Shown: positions 61,964-64,000 of the stretch, piece by piece
Numbering within the stretch: the stretch's first letter is position 1
How the letters are laid out: the number at the start of each line of letters is the position of its first letter
From: Azolla caroliniana
Taxonomy: Eukaryota; Plantae; Polypodiophyta
Length of the DNA: 64,000 nucleotides
Assembly: GCA_043228905.1 (NCBI GenBank)
Contig: JBHGNT010000131.1
Location: 1-64,000 of the forward strand
Direction of reading: 5' to 3'
Program-made: the position numbers and the translations under genes
The notes under the pieces: generated by a model
The model's database searches: none
What the model was told of the DNA's origin: nothing
The model's input: only the letters and a program-made list of their open reading frames with translations

Positions 61964-63065
61964 ATGGAGTCGATCAGCAAGCAAGAGTATATGCGTGTCC
62001 TTTCGGAGCTCGATATGCTCACCACTAAGTTTGTGGCATTAGAGCAAGAAAATCAAAGGCTACTCGGGGATCTTCAACAAGTCAGTACTGAGAAAGCTCA
62101 TCAATATGAGGAGTTATCACAACGGGTTCATCAACTTGAGGCTACTATATTAACATTACGAGAACAAGCGGCGGGGGTTCAAAACTCCCCAAGGGAACCA
62201 AAGATTAGCCTCCCTGCCAAGTTTGATGGTACCAGATCTCTCTTTCGAGGTTTCCTGAATCAAGTTCATTTGGTGATTCAGTTACATCCCAATCGGTATC
62301 CAACTGATGCTGCCCGTGTGGGATTAATAGGAACCTTGCTAAGCGGTACAGCGTTAGCATGGTTTGCACCACTTCTTGAGAAGAAATCACCATTACTGGA
62401 GGATTTCGAGGCATTCGTTAAGGAGTTTCAAGCTAGTTTTGGAGATACGGATAGCACTAGGACTGCAATAAACAAGATTCGAAGACTCCGACAAGGAGAT
62501 CGTCCCGCTTCAGCTTATGCCGCAGATTTCCGTCTCTTGGCATGCGACATCCCTTGGGATGAGGCAGCCTTAATGGATCAATTCCGTCAGGGTTTGCGTA
62601 ACGATGTCAAAGATCTTCTTCTTACTTAAAGCTATTAGCCGAGCTGTGCGATGTGATAATCGCCTATTTGAGCGACGTTCTGAACGTCAACAAATGTTAC
62701 GCCGCCAACCGGAACAGACATACGCTTCTATAGTCACCACACCGCCACAAGGTTCTAGACCCGTTACGAGGGATGGTCCCACTCCGATGGAAATAGAGTC
62801 GACACAACGTCGAGGGCCCTTATCAGATGCTGAGAAACAACGACGTCGGGTGCATCGCCTATGCCTCTACTGTGGTGGTCCAGGACATATAGCTGTGAAT
62901 TGTCCACATAAACCCAGGCGTCAAGTTTACCAAGTAAGTGCACATGACAACCCTACATCAAGTTCTACTATCACTTCTAATAACTTAAGTACTAAGCCTA
63001 CTAGCCCATGCCATGAGAATAGATTTGATGTCTTGAGCCAATTAGAGGATGTGTTAAACGAATAA
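61964..63065 (+). pseudogene. gag: Chromovirus gag, frameshifted by a small deletion
   Basis: PAKFDG, LRQGDRPASAY, PTPME, CLYCGGPGHIAVNC; compared with the minus copy, the FHEDPKSL region is missing at ~62627. Confidence 0.85.
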
Positions 63066-63104
63066 GTCCGGCCAAAATAGGAGCCATTTGGTTGGACCAT
63101 CCTA
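63053..63104 (+). promoter_or_regulatory. -1 ribosomal frameshift signal: slippery GTTAAAC plus H-type pseudoknot
   Basis: GTTAAAC 63053-63059; 6-nt spacer; stem GTCCGGCCAAA/TTTGGTTGGAC (2 G-U pairs); loop TAGGA pairs with TCCTA 63100-63104; pol is open in the -1 frame; same sequence at ~50558-50609 (minus). Confidence 0.8.
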
Positions 63105-64000
63105 GTTATGTAGAGTCAGTACCTAGTTGTGGTTCCATTTCATCAAATCAAGTTAGTAGAGTTTTTTCTGCACAAGTCGAGCTTAGCACATCTACAGGTC
63201 ATCGCGCCCTAGCCTCTGCCCTCCTAGATTCCGGAGCCAATTCTTGTTTCATGGATCGCGAGTTTGCATTGACTCAAAACATCATCTTGAAAAAACTCCC
63301 AAACCCAGTAGCTGTAGGAGTCATCGATGGTCGCCCTATAGCATCAGGAGATATAGTCGAAGAGTCTGAACCAATTCGTGTAGTCCTAGGTAATTTGGCT
63401 AGTGTCATCTCATTTAACATCATTAGTAGTCCGGAGCACTCTCTAGTTCTTGGTCTTCCTTGGTTTGAGTTACATAACCCAACCATTGATTGGAGAAAAA
63501 GAACTATTGAAGAGGTCACCGTACAATCCAAGTCTCTTGAAGCTCCAACTAAGGATCTAGGATCCCCCACAATTTCAACAATCTCTATACATCAATTACG
63601 AGAGGATGGAAGAAAGGAAGACATGATGGTATTTGCGGTTTTAGCAACTCCCTCATCTAGCTCACAAGAATTGGGGGTCCAACTACCAAAGAAGTACATA
63701 GAATTCTCCGATGTGTTCGATAAGGTGAAGGCTAATAGACTACCAGAGCATCGACCATATGATTGCCCAATTGATTTGCAGCCAGGAAAAGAGCCTCCAT
63801 GGGGACCAATTTATAATCTTTCGCCCACGGAGTTAGAGGTTCTTCGAGAATATATCAATGAGAACTTGGCAAATGGTTTTATCCAACATTCAAAATCTCC
63901 TGCTGGTGCACCCATCTTTTTCGTTAAGAAGAAAGATGGTACGCTTCGTATGGTCGTGGATTATCGAGGCTTGAATAAAGTGACCGTTAGAAACCGATAT

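Larger units (their letters stand above)
61330..64000 (+). mobile_element. Ty3/gypsy chromovirus (same family as 46480-51891), running off the window end
   Basis: 5' LTR 61330-61878 (TGTCATGA..TCACGACA); PBS TTGAACCGAAT 61881-61891; gag 61964-63065 with a frameshifting deletion at ~62627; pol in the -1 frame ([11 protein letters not shown], start of RT). Confidence 0.95.

Overview
Eukaryotic land-plant genomic DNA, rich in transposons. PLS-type PPR debris and Tcn1/Tf1-like chromoviruses suggest a fern or other non-seed plant (inference). Three host genes are supported: (1) a two-exon RING-HC E3 ligase of RNF5/RMA type (minus, 692-4371); (2) a ~14-exon gene for a ~1,290-aa protein with a 53BP1/Rad9-like tandem BRCT followed by a C-terminal BAH domain (plus, 16647-30972); (3) an intronless 928-aa Ser-rich protein with SPRISFS/SADxLF/VTPVLNVP motifs (plus, 37236-40022). 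Transposons: one very young intact Ty1/copia (8901-14285; near-identical LTRs, TSD ATAAC, strikingly CCGG-rich), several decayed copia relatives, three Tf1/Tcn1-like chromovirus copies, LINE remnants, hAT-type MITEs and a solo LTR. The chromovirus family is the most unusual. It has a self-priming PBS, heat-shock-element arrays, an antisense tRNA-like A/B-box module in U3, and a -1 frameshift pseudoknot. One copy has its R-U5 flipped exactly at the self-priming 11-mer. All coordinates and counts were read by eye.
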